Source of the DNA: Pseudomonadota bacterium
GTDB lineage: Bacteria; Bdellovibrionota; FAC87; UBA2466
DNA: 24,600 nucleotides
NCBI GenBank assembly: GCA_043718025.1
Contig: JAYSWN010000146.1
Location: forward strand, 1 to 24,600
Direction of reading: 5' to 3'
Part shown: in pieces, positions 10,092 to 17,713 of the stretch
How the letters are laid out: each line of letters starts with the position of its first letter
Position numbering within the stretch: the stretch's first letter is position 1
The notes under the pieces: model-generated
What the model was told of the DNA's origin: nothing
The model's input: only the letters and a program-made list of their open reading frames with translations
The model's database searches: none
Position numbers and translations under genes: made by a program

Positions 10092-10144
10092 TTTTTTAGA
10101 GCATGTTTTTTTGGGCGTAAAATCGATCTAAATTAAGACCGCAA

Positions 10145-10756
10145 TCAACGATTCGAATTCGATTCAGCCCCGAGAAAATATGATCTATTTTGAGCGTTTT
10201 CCGAGGCGACGTGCTGCTTGGCGCTGACTAAATTTTGCGCGACGCCTTTGCCGTAGCCAATGAGAAAGGTGACCACCGGGTACTCACGGGGATCATAATT
10301 GTCACCGTTTGGATTCATCGTGTAGTTAGGACGTGGCCGAGACTGAAACAGAGGCTCAATGGAGTCATCCCAGTCTATGCGAAACCAATAAGTCACTACT
10401 ACTTGAGCCCGTTTTTTCTTATCGAGGGCCGTGATTAAAGCCAGTTCAATCGCCCGGGTGGATTGCGCATTTAAAATTGCGGTGAACCCTTCGGCTGTCG
10501 CTACCAGTCCGTCATTCGTGGCCAGCCCATTGAGCAGAGCCCAAACCGCCTGTTCATTCACCTTGGTTTTCGGATTGCTCGTCAATAATCTCTGAATTTC
10601 ATCCAATTTTTTTTCGACCTCTGGAATTAAAGCCGTGGCCTCCAGCTTCAGCGCACAGCTCTTTTTCCACGCATCGAAAGGCCATACTGCGAAGGATTGT
10701 GTCGTCAAAAAAGCCAAGAACACCGTTACCCTTAGGCCAAGACCAAATTTGTGCAT
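10145..10756 (-). CDS. Hypothetical secreted protein
   Basis: Signal peptide ending TQSFA, GGAG RBS, 203 aa. Confidence 0.75.
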   Translation of the reverse strand: MHKFGLGLRVTVFLAFLTTQSFAVWPFDAWKKSCALKLEATALIPEVEKKLDEIQRLLTSNPKTKVNEQAVWALLNGLATNDGLVATAEGFTAILNAQSTRAIELALITALDKKKRAQVVVTYWFRIDWDDSIEPLFQSRPRPNYTMNPNGDNYDPREYPVVTFLIGYGKGVAQNLVSAKQHVASENAQNRSYFLGAESNSNR

Positions 10757-10964
10757 AGTTTAACTCCGATTCAAGACTGTCGCGCTGCGGCACGTGTACG
10801 CTCAGGCGCCTTCTTGCCGCAATGAAGCAATGCTGCCTGGTGATTTATCGACGATCAAGTTGTGCCCAGTGCTGAAAATGGGGAGTTTTGAGTAACGCGC
10901 CCTCTCTTTCACGCATTCCCGGAGAGCGGTATTTGAATAGGCACACCGTCTCCGGGAGGGACTC

Positions 10965-11432
10965 ATGAAACTAATGCTTTTTCCGTTCCTGTTTTGCGCA
11001 GTGATGGCACTGGCCGAAAACACGTCAACCGCCGTTGCTAGTTTAGGTAATTTCGACGGCGTTCTCATGACGGGAGCCGCCCATTCTCAAACCATCGCCA
11101 TTGAGGGCGGTACCCTTTCGGAATGCATAAAACCCAACGATCGCACCGACGGTAGAGACATACTCTCATGCAAAGTGAATGGCGGACGCATTACCGTGAG
11201 CCCCGGTGGCGACGGCCTTGTCTTCAACTTCGAAAAGGTTGCCGTGCTGTCTTCCGATACGAATCACTTCTACTACGGCGGCACTCGCACGATCCGTATC
11301 GCCAATAAGGACGTCAGCCAGCGCATCTCGGCGACGGTGAACCTTGATCCAAAAACGCCCGACCGAGCGTGGGGCTTTTTGAAGCTGAATGAGAATGGGC
11401 TACAGAGCGCATTCGAAGCGTACCGCCGATAG
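10965..11432 (+). CDS. Hypothetical secreted beta-rich protein
   Basis: GGGAGG RBS, signal peptide MKLMLFPFLFCAVMALA and a Cys pair in the mature part. Confidence 0.8.
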   Translation: MKLMLFPFLFCAVMALAENTSTAVASLGNFDGVLMTGAAHSQTIAIEGGTLSECIKPNDRTDGRDILSCKVNGGRITVSPGGDGLVFNFEKVAVLSSDTNHFYYGGTRTIRIANKDVSQRISATVNLDPKTPDRAWGFLKLNENGLQSAFEAYRR

Positions 11433-11436
11433 GTGC

Positions 11437-11470
11437 CCGAAAGGTGCCCATCCCCTTTCCGGCCGGAAAG
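11437..11470 (+). repeat. Left 34-bp inverted repeat (REP-like)
   Basis: CCGAAAGGTGCCCATCCCCTTTCCGGCCGGAAAG, containing the perfect palindrome CTTTCCGGCCGGAAAG at 11455-11470. Confidence 0.95.
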
Positions 11471-11508
11471 TGGCCAGGTGAGTTTTGGCCCAGTGGTTGC
11501 TTATGGGC

Positions 11509-12153
11509 ATGCCACGCAAAAAACTCATTCTCGCATCCGATTGCGCTTACCACTTAGTGAATCGGTCCAACAATAAAGACTTTTTCTATATTCCGCTCCC
11601 CGAAACCTGGAGGCTTTTTTGCGAAGTCCTAGAACGGAGTTCCGGTCTGTATAGGACCGAAATTCATGCCTTCGTCTTAATGTCGAATCACTACCACCTA
11701 ATCGTCACTGCACCGCTTAAAAATCTCCACCTGTTTATGCGGCACTTTCAAACGGAGGTGTCTCGAAAAATTCAGAAACGGGCGGGACGCATTAATCACA
11801 TCTTCGGAACGCGCTACAAATGGTCATGCCTTTGGACTTCCTCTTCATACGCATTGACTTATAAATACGTAATGAGAAACCCGCTGAAAGCAGGCATTTG
11901 TTCGCGCGTAGAAAAGTACCCCTTTTCCTCAATCAACCTCGCGCTTCCCATCGCAGACCGTATTGGCGATTTGGCCAGACAAGTTCCAAAAGACAATGAT
12001 CAGCGGCTTAGGTGGCTAAATAGACCGACCCAGAGCGAAACCGATGACGTCGTTCGAAGGGCCCTTAGAAGACGGGAGTTCAAAATTCCCGAGGGCAACG
12101 AAATGCGGTACTCGGTACAGCGGCTGGCCTTCGATTACGAAGTTGAACTGTAG
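11509..12153 (+). CDS. REP-associated tyrosine transposase-like protein (RAYT, Y1_Tnp, IS200/IS605 superfamily HUH enzyme)
   Basis: MPRK start, YHLVNRSNNK, HAFVLMSNHYHL (HUH), GRINHIFGTRYK, YKYVMRNPLKAG (catalytic Tyr region) and YPFSS. Confidence 0.93.
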   Translation: MPRKKLILASDCAYHLVNRSNNKDFFYIPLPETWRLFCEVLERSSGLYRTEIHAFVLMSNHYHLIVTAPLKNLHLFMRHFQTEVSRKIQKRAGRINHIFGTRYKWSCLWTSSSYALTYKYVMRNPLKAGICSRVEKYPFSSINLALPIADRIGDLARQVPKDNDQRLRWLNRPTQSETDDVVRRALRRREFKIPEGNEMRYSVQRLAFDYEVEL

Positions 12154-12166
12154 ACTTACCCGCTAC

Positions 12167-12200
12167 CTTTCCGGCCGGAAAGGGGATGGGCACCTTTCGG
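12167..12200 (-). repeat. Right 34-bp inverted repeat (REP-like)
   Basis: CTTTCCGGCCGGAAAGGGGATGGGCACCTTTCGG, the exact reverse complement of 11437-11470. Confidence 0.95.
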
Positions 12201-12376
12201 ATAAGGTTTGTACATCCTAAGTGGCTAAAGGTGCTATGAATTTTCACCCTTTGATGGTGGGTCGAAAAAAAGTTCGACGAATATTCATGGGTCAGTCAGC
12301 CGTATAAAAAACGAACAGCCTCGCTAACCACACCAAACGACACAACTAACGCACCAACTACCGAATACCGCTGGCT

Positions 12377-12392
12377 TGGCATTGATGCTGCA
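12377..12392 (+). promoter_or_regulatory. Putative sigma-54 (-24/-12) promoter
   Basis: TGGCATTGATGCTGCA has GG-N10-GC spacing, is close to consensus TGGCACG-N4-TTGC, and lies 35 nt before the start at 12428. Confidence 0.5.
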
Positions 12393-12427
12393 AAGATCGC
12401 ACTATCCACGCAATAAGGAGCCGCACA

Positions 12428-13576
12428 TTGAACTTACGACGCCAACTCTTAGCCTCAACTCTTTTCTTCACTTTGACCGCCTGCACCGTTCAGCAGGAGA
12501 AGGCCCTGGTACAAACGAGTAACGACGAAACCCCCCTTCATGCGGTTGTAAGTGAGATCGACGCCCGCATGCTCACCCAAATTGGTAAGGACGATCGAGT
12601 TCTGGCCGAATGGGTTTCACTTTACCAATACATGACCTCCGCGGGGCCCGCAGCAAACCCGGACTGGAGCATTTTTAGAACTCGGATTACCACTGGCCGC
12701 AATTTTAATTTTTACGCCTATACTAAGGGTACCGACCCACGGATTCTAAAACCTGGTTATAAGCTGGAGCTTTATGGCCCCTGGTACAACCAAATAATTA
12801 AGGGATACCCGGAACCGGTAGGGATACAAATCGCAGGTATCTCGGGCAGAGTGAAGGCCGCCACGGATACCCTCATTACGCTTGAGCTCCCCCAACAGGA
12901 AAACTACATCGGCACACGAAACCCTGCTCCGCAATCCGAGATCGCGGTTGAAGTTTGTGCCCCAAACTCAGTCTCCCTTTCGTGCGCAAACGTGGCCGCT
13001 GAACAACGGGTAGTTGGTACCCGCCTCAAGGTCTTTGGTATTCCAGACAGCGTGACCGCATCCAATATCAGTCTCGTAGATAAAGTTAGGGTTTACGCTG
13101 ACAATAGCGCAACGTTTGCGAATCGGTCGGCAGATATTAATGGTGACCAGAAAATTTCACCGGCTGACCTCCAAGTCATGGCCGTTTACAAAGACCGCTA
13201 TCTTGCGACGCAGAGTTCGGTGAATCTCCTTACCCAGAGAGAATATGCAGACATTCCACGTCTCGACGTCAACGGCGACAATTTGTTTTCTGCGGCAGAT
13301 ATTTTAGCGACATCCCAAGCGCTCGATCGGCGGATGAATAGTGCGATAACCTCACTGTTTCACAATGCCGCGCAACCCCGCGACATCAACGGCGACGGCT
13401 TCCTAACCCCGCTCGACCGACTGAACGTGATAAATGCAAGTAATCGATTGCTTCAGCCCCATATTTCTAGCGTGAACCTAGAAGACTATCGATTCGACGC
13501 CACAATGTTATATATCGATGTGAACGGCGATGGCTTTTTCACCGCTCTCGACGTTCTATTAGGCACCGGCAACTAA
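12428..13576 (+). CDS. Lipoprotein with possible IPT/TIG-like domain and C-terminal dockerin type I-like Ca-binding repeats
   Basis: AAGGAG 7 nt before the TTG start and lipobox LTAC. Four D[IV]NGD..[IFL][ST]..D loops: DINGDQKISPAD, DVNGDNLFSAAD, DINGDGFLTPLD, DVNGDGFFTALD. Confidence 0.85.
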   Translation: MNLRRQLLASTLFFTLTACTVQQEKALVQTSNDETPLHAVVSEIDARMLTQIGKDDRVLAEWVSLYQYMTSAGPAANPDWSIFRTRITTGRNFNFYAYTKGTDPRILKPGYKLELYGPWYNQIIKGYPEPVGIQIAGISGRVKAATDTLITLELPQQENYIGTRNPAPQSEIAVEVCAPNSVSLSCANVAAEQRVVGTRLKVFGIPDSVTASNISLVDKVRVYADNSATFANRSADINGDQKISPADLQVMAVYKDRYLATQSSVNLLTQREYADIPRLDVNGDNLFSAADILATSQALDRRMNSAITSLFHNAAQPRDINGDGFLTPLDRLNVINASNRLLQPHISSVNLEDYRFDATMLYIDVNGDGFFTALDVLLGTGN

Positions 13577-13598
13577 TAGAGTGCCCCACTAAACTCGA

Positions 13599-13639
13599 CA
13601 ACACCGCCCCGGGCGCTGACCGGCGCCGGGGCGGCGTTG
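13599..13639. terminator. GC-rich hairpin downstream of the dockerin lipoprotein (terminator-like or RNA-stabilising)
   Basis: CCGCCCCGG (13604-13612) pairs with CCGGGGCGG (13626-13634), extended by CAAC/GTTG. No clear U-tract. Confidence 0.45.
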
Positions 13640-13740
13640 ATCCTATAACGCAACTCAAGACTGGTTTCTAAGAAGACTCACGGGTACAATTTACTGCACA
13701 CTTACGACTCCTTTATTGCGGCTTATGCCATTCGTCGAAA

Positions 13741-15015
13741 GTGGCAAAAAATTACAACGTGAAAACAGACCTGCCTTTATCGCTACATGACCAGATTGGG
13801 TTCATCGCGGAGACTGCTGAACCACCAACTTCCCCTCCAAAACAGACGGCCTCACGTTTACGAAAATTCTTTTCCATTTCACTACTAGAAAACCGCTATC
13901 CACCACTTCACGGATTGCGCCTGTTTGCGATTCTGTGCGTCGTTGCTCAGCACATGTTGAGTTACGTGCCTAACGACCAGAAGTGGTTGCGCGGCCGCTT
14001 GTGGCTGAGCATGGATTTTTTCTTCATCATGAGTGGTTTTTTAATTGGCAACATCTTGCTTAGCCCCAATGGCAAATCGGGATGGCGTAAGTTTTTTTGG
14101 TTTTATCTTCGCCGCAGCTTTCGAATACTACCTGCCTACTACGTTACGCTGCTCTTGCTAACTCTCTATAATGCACGACCCGGTGGACCGACGGTGTTCT
14201 CACGGAGTTTTGTTCGAGAGCTTTTTTTTCTGACCAATTATCCGTTTGATATAAAATACGTGATGAGCTGGAGTTGGTCTCTTAGCCTGGAAGAGCATTT
14301 CTATCTGGCAAGCCCCTTTCTGATTGCGGGTTTGTTGCTGCTTCGTGCGGGACTAAGAATTCCGGCACTGCTGCTGCTATTTTTAGCACCACTCAGTTTG
14401 AGACTAGCCGAGGTGGGATGGGGCCTGGCTTATTTTTCGAAAATCTTCACACCCACCCATATGCGTTTTGATCCACTCGTTATGGGAGTGATGATTGCCT
14501 ACATTCGAAAAGTACGTCCTGAGTATTTCATTTGGCTTACGGCACGGCCCCGGTTGGTGAATGCCGTACTCGCGGCCAGCGTAGCCATGCTGGTCGGGAT
14601 GATGACCACTTTTGTGCTGCCTGCCCCCACCATCTCAAAAGCGCTGGCCCACCCCAGCTTGGCCGCATTTTACACCGGTACGCTTTCGAGCGTTGCCTTC
14701 GGACTTTTGCTTTTGTGGACGATTTGTGCGCGCAATAAATTGGGCGCTTTTCTCGGCGGTCATTTCTTTCGGGTGCTCGCTACGCTAGGTTACGGAACTT
14801 ATCTGATCCACATGCAAGTTGTATTTTCTATAGCCCCGTACCGACCATCCCTTAGCTTGGTATCTGTATTCGTCATAGTGATTGGCCTCTCGGTAGCCTA
14901 CGCCTACGTTGTCCATATCTTTGTGGAAAAACCGCTCCTAATCTTGAGAGAGCGCATCAACGCAAAAGAGGCGGATCGCCCCGCCAACCGGATTGAAGCC
15001 CATTCAATGACCTAG
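13741..15015 (+). CDS. Acyltransferase family 3 (OafA/YrhL-like membrane O-acyltransferase, no SGNH domain)
   Basis: LHGLRLFAILCVV..H, MDFFFIMSGFLI, FYLRRSFRILPAY, WSLSLEEHFY, YGTYLIH, VEKP and many TM segments. Exact start uncertain. Confidence 0.93.
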   Translation: MAKNYNVKTDLPLSLHDQIGFIAETAEPPTSPPKQTASRLRKFFSISLLENRYPPLHGLRLFAILCVVAQHMLSYVPNDQKWLRGRLWLSMDFFFIMSGFLIGNILLSPNGKSGWRKFFWFYLRRSFRILPAYYVTLLLLTLYNARPGGPTVFSRSFVRELFFLTNYPFDIKYVMSWSWSLSLEEHFYLASPFLIAGLLLLRAGLRIPALLLLFLAPLSLRLAEVGWGLAYFSKIFTPTHMRFDPLVMGVMIAYIRKVRPEYFIWLTARPRLVNAVLAASVAMLVGMMTTFVLPAPTISKALAHPSLAAFYTGTLSSVAFGLLLLWTICARNKLGAFLGGHFFRVLATLGYGTYLIHMQVVFSIAPYRPSLSLVSVFVIVIGLSVAYAYVVHIFVEKPLLILRERINAKEADRPANRIEAHSMT

Positions 15016-17234
15016 CGACCGCTCTCAAATTGTTTCAAGAAGCGATCAATATTTGATTTTACGTCCGAATTCGCCATCACGGTTGCACGGAACGCGCTGT
15101 CCACAATCATTTGCCGGGCAAGGTATTCAGCACCTGATGTGGGTCCCATCGTACCAGTTATGAGTTCAAGGGTTGCTTTTGGATTTTCATAAAAACGTTG
15201 CGTAAGAACCCATTCTAATTCGAAACGAAAATCCGCCGGAATATCAAGGTAAGGATTGCGTGTCTCACTCTTCATTTTTATTGCTTCGGGAAGATGGCTC
15301 TCGTTCGCCTCTTTGAGCCACTTTTTTACCTCTTCAACGTTGGAATATTTCTCCGGCGTTTTAAGGACAATTTCGTATTTCTGAATGGCCCGTTTGACCT
15401 CATCGATTCGGTCAGAAGACTGTCGCATAGCATTCCAATACCCATGCATTTCGTTGTCCATTTTTGCCGAATCAATTGCTTTCGAGATGAAAGTGGCGCG
15501 CATCGCCATCGGCACGTTAACTTCTTTTACAAGGTTTTTAACCTCATCGCGAATTTCATCGGCGTGAGTTTGATTCTCTTTAAGAGTTTTATCAACAAGG
15601 GCAAGAAATGCCTTGGCGGCTTCCTCTTGTTCGTATTTTTTTTGAACCGGCCATTTCTGGTTGGCCAGCGCTTGGCCAATTCTTTTGAGCAGCGCCGGGC
15701 TTCGTAAACCATCGAAACGGTACGAATCAGATAACCTGGCAACCCCGCGAGTCTGAGTCCACAAATCCGGCGTTCCCCAAGTTCCCTTACCTTCAATAAT
15801 TTGCGCGATGGCTTCTAACTGGGCGTTAGGCTCCATGCTATTACTTTCTACATAGGCCTGGTCATTCCATACCGAAGTCACCACCGCCGTTCCGATCAGT
15901 CCCCCAACGCCGATTGCACCGACCCCCATTAAGGCCTTCATTGCTCTTAAGCAGCCCTCACCGTCGCTATAGTTACCGGAGTAGTGGCTCGGTGAATCAT
16001 AATCATAGCGCTCACGAGGCGCAGGCCGAGAATAAGTCCGAGTTGGCGGCGGAGGGGTTGAAGAGGTCCACGTGGGCAGGGTTAACTTGGGCAGTCTGAT
16101 CTTGGGCACCGTGATTTTAATTTCTGGCAGCAGCTTTCCGAGCCTGTCTAAAGCGTTACCCACGTGGTCCAAGATTGCCGGGGCCGCGGGAAGTTTGGGC
16201 AGCGACCAACCCGTGCGCACGTGAGTTGCGGCAAGCTTGGCGTTAGCAACAACCCGTTGGTCCGCAACGCTCATGAATTGCGATTGAGCTTCGAGCTTGG
16301 CGGCCAATGAGGAGATCTCGGCTTTTAGAAGCGCCACGGCTTTTATCGCATCCCCTTCGCCTAGCGCGCTATCCAACTTTTGCTCAAACGTCGAAGGAGC
16401 TAAATTTTCTCCTTCACGATTCGCCGAGGCCACCGGCCCTCTGGAATGTGCATTCAGGTTATTTAAAATCGAAAGCTGATCCGCGGAGACCGCTTGGCCG
16501 CTGTTTACGGCATTCACCGCATTCATTACGCCCATTAGGCGAATAGTTTTTTGCGCATTCGTCTCTGCAGGGGGTGCCTCCTCCGGCTCGGCAGGCGAGT
16601 GATAAAGCGCCACTTCTTGAAGTTGGCGATAGTGCTCCTTTAGCTTTTCAAGCTCTATGCGGGCCTTGGCCTGTTTGCGATCAGGGGGAGGCACGCGTTC
16701 TGCCATCGGTTGCGCGCGCACGGGAGCGGGAGCGGGAGCGGGACGATTAGCAAGTTCCGTGAGCCGAAGGTGCTCCGCCGCAAAATATTGGCGTTGCTCG
16801 TTCAAAACCTCATGCAGAGTGGCAAGCGCCCCGTCGCTCGCGCTTGATTCGAGGCCGTTTGGCCACGCAAGTTTCTGAATCCGCGTGTTGATGCGGCGAA
16901 GCAGATTGTAAGCCAGTGCCTTTTGTTCGAGGCTCAAACTCTCGAGATCTCGATATACAATGAGGGCCGTTTCATTTCTTTTTGGGTGGAGTCCCAAAAA
17001 AATAGCGGGCGTTTGGCCTCGCAAAAGATGGTTGGCGGCGGCCATGGACTCATAGGCCCGTTGCAGCGCCTGCTGTATTTCTACGGCGGTGGGTTCGCTT
17101 TCAATCTGGTCCGTCACATTCGAAAAATCTGCCTCAATTTTTTCTAGACTGTTTCGGACTGAGTCCGACAACCCTTCCGCGTACACGGCAGAAGAGAATA
17201 GAGCCAAGATAATCAGCAATGACAACGTGCGCAT
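15012..17234 (-). CDS. Large hypothetical exported protein with Pro-rich linkers and an internal Gly-rich hydrophobic segment
   Basis: Start moved to ATG 17234 (signal peptide MRTLSLLIILALFSSAVYA). Mostly helical, with ALMGVGAIGVGGLIGTAVVTSVW in the middle. The stop overlaps the convergent gene's stop at CTAG 15012-15015. Confidence 0.8.
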   Translation of the reverse strand: MRTLSLLIILALFSSAVYAEGLSDSVRNSLEKIEADFSNVTDQIESEPTAVEIQQALQRAYESMAAANHLLRGQTPAIFLGLHPKRNETALIVYRDLESLSLEQKALAYNLLRRINTRIQKLAWPNGLESSASDGALATLHEVLNEQRQYFAAEHLRLTELANRPAPAPAPVRAQPMAERVPPPDRKQAKARIELEKLKEHYRQLQEVALYHSPAEPEEAPPAETNAQKTIRLMGVMNAVNAVNSGQAVSADQLSILNNLNAHSRGPVASANREGENLAPSTFEQKLDSALGEGDAIKAVALLKAEISSLAAKLEAQSQFMSVADQRVVANAKLAATHVRTGWSLPKLPAAPAILDHVGNALDRLGKLLPEIKITVPKIRLPKLTLPTWTSSTPPPPTRTYSRPAPRERYDYDSPSHYSGNYSDGEGCLRAMKALMGVGAIGVGGLIGTAVVTSVWNDQAYVESNSMEPNAQLEAIAQIIEGKGTWGTPDLWTQTRGVARLSDSYRFDGLRSPALLKRIGQALANQKWPVQKKYEQEEAAKAFLALVDKTLKENQTHADEIRDEVKNLVKEVNVPMAMRATFISKAIDSAKMDNEMHGYWNAMRQSSDRIDEVKRAIQKYEIVLKTPEKYSNVEEVKKWLKEANESHLPEAIKMKSETRNPYLDIPADFRFELEWVLTQRFYENPKATLELITGTMGPTSGAEYLARQMIVDSAFRATVMANSDVKSNIDRFLKQFESGR
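16721..16743. repeat. (CGGGAG)n 6-bp microsatellite encoding PAPAPAP
   Basis: Three full units plus CGGGA, in frame within the 15012-17234 CDS. Confidence 0.7.
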
Positions 17235-17257
17235 AGAGTTCACCCGGCATCGTGGTT

Positions 17258-17273
17258 TGCAAGCCCCGTGCCC
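17258..17273 (-). promoter_or_regulatory. Putative sigma-54 (-24/-12) promoter
   Basis: The minus strand reads GGGCACGGGGCTTGCA (GG-N10-GC, near-consensus GGCACG-N4-TTGCA), 23 nt before ATG 17234. Confidence 0.7.
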
Positions 17274-17413
17274 CCTCGCCCTTTTTTTCTCGGCAACAAA
17301 ATTACGTAGACCGAAAGAACACACTCAACGAGGGCGCATAAATGGCACTTATTTGGATTCTTTATAACGGCGAGTGGGGTTCTATCCTCTTTTAGTGGGC
17401 GCGTTATCGCTCT

Positions 17414-17554
17414 CGTCTTTGCGAGGCCGCAGGCCGAAGCAATCCTTACACGGTGGAATAAAGGTCATCTAATTCGCCATAATGTAAGTAAAACTCTGTC
17501 TCTGATCAATCATCGGCCAAGGATTGCCGCGCCACTTCGTGGCTCGCAAGGACG
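17414..17554. repeat. Palindromic intergenic element of the GTCnTTGCGAG...GCAATC / GATTGC...CTCGCAAnGAC type
   Basis: Left arm 17414-17447 (CGTCTTTGCGAG...GCAATCCTT) and right arm 17519-17554 (AAGGATTGC...CTCGCAAGGACG) are complementary at both ends, each with a small internal hairpin. Confidence 0.8.
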
Positions 17555-17713
17555 GGTGGGAAGCGTTATCGCCAACTTTTAAGGGAAAGAACCGGCGAGT
17601 GGCAGTTGCCTATCCATGCCCTACTAAGCTATAAATCAGGGATGCATTGGGTGAACTGGGCAGCAAATTATTTCGGCGACCCCAGTATGCCGTCGACGTT
17701 TTAGAACTGTCGC

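Larger units (their letters stand above)
11437..12200. mobile_element. RAYT-type Y1 transposase cassette bounded by perfect 34-bp inverted repeats
   Basis: The left and right repeats are exact reverse complements and enclose only the transposase gene. Confidence 0.8.

Noticed and set aside
12201..12376. Riboswitch or ncRNA in the intergenic region with an A/C-rich tract
   Set aside because: Only a weak GTCGAA/TTCGAC stem and no recognisable aptamer consensus.
11509..12428. IS605/IS200 element with TnpB, IscB or an omega-RNA
   Set aside because: No RuvC-type ORF follows, the right IR closes the unit 13 nt after the stop, and the protein motifs are RAYT-like.
13577..13593. AGTGCCCCACTAAA after the dockerin gene stop as another RAYT repeat copy
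   Set aside because: Only about 7 nt of exact match, which cannot be distinguished from chance without genome-wide counts.
17343..17357. TGGCACTTATTTGGA as a plus-strand sigma-54 promoter
   Set aside because: It lacks the -12 GC and lies about 360 nt from the next start.
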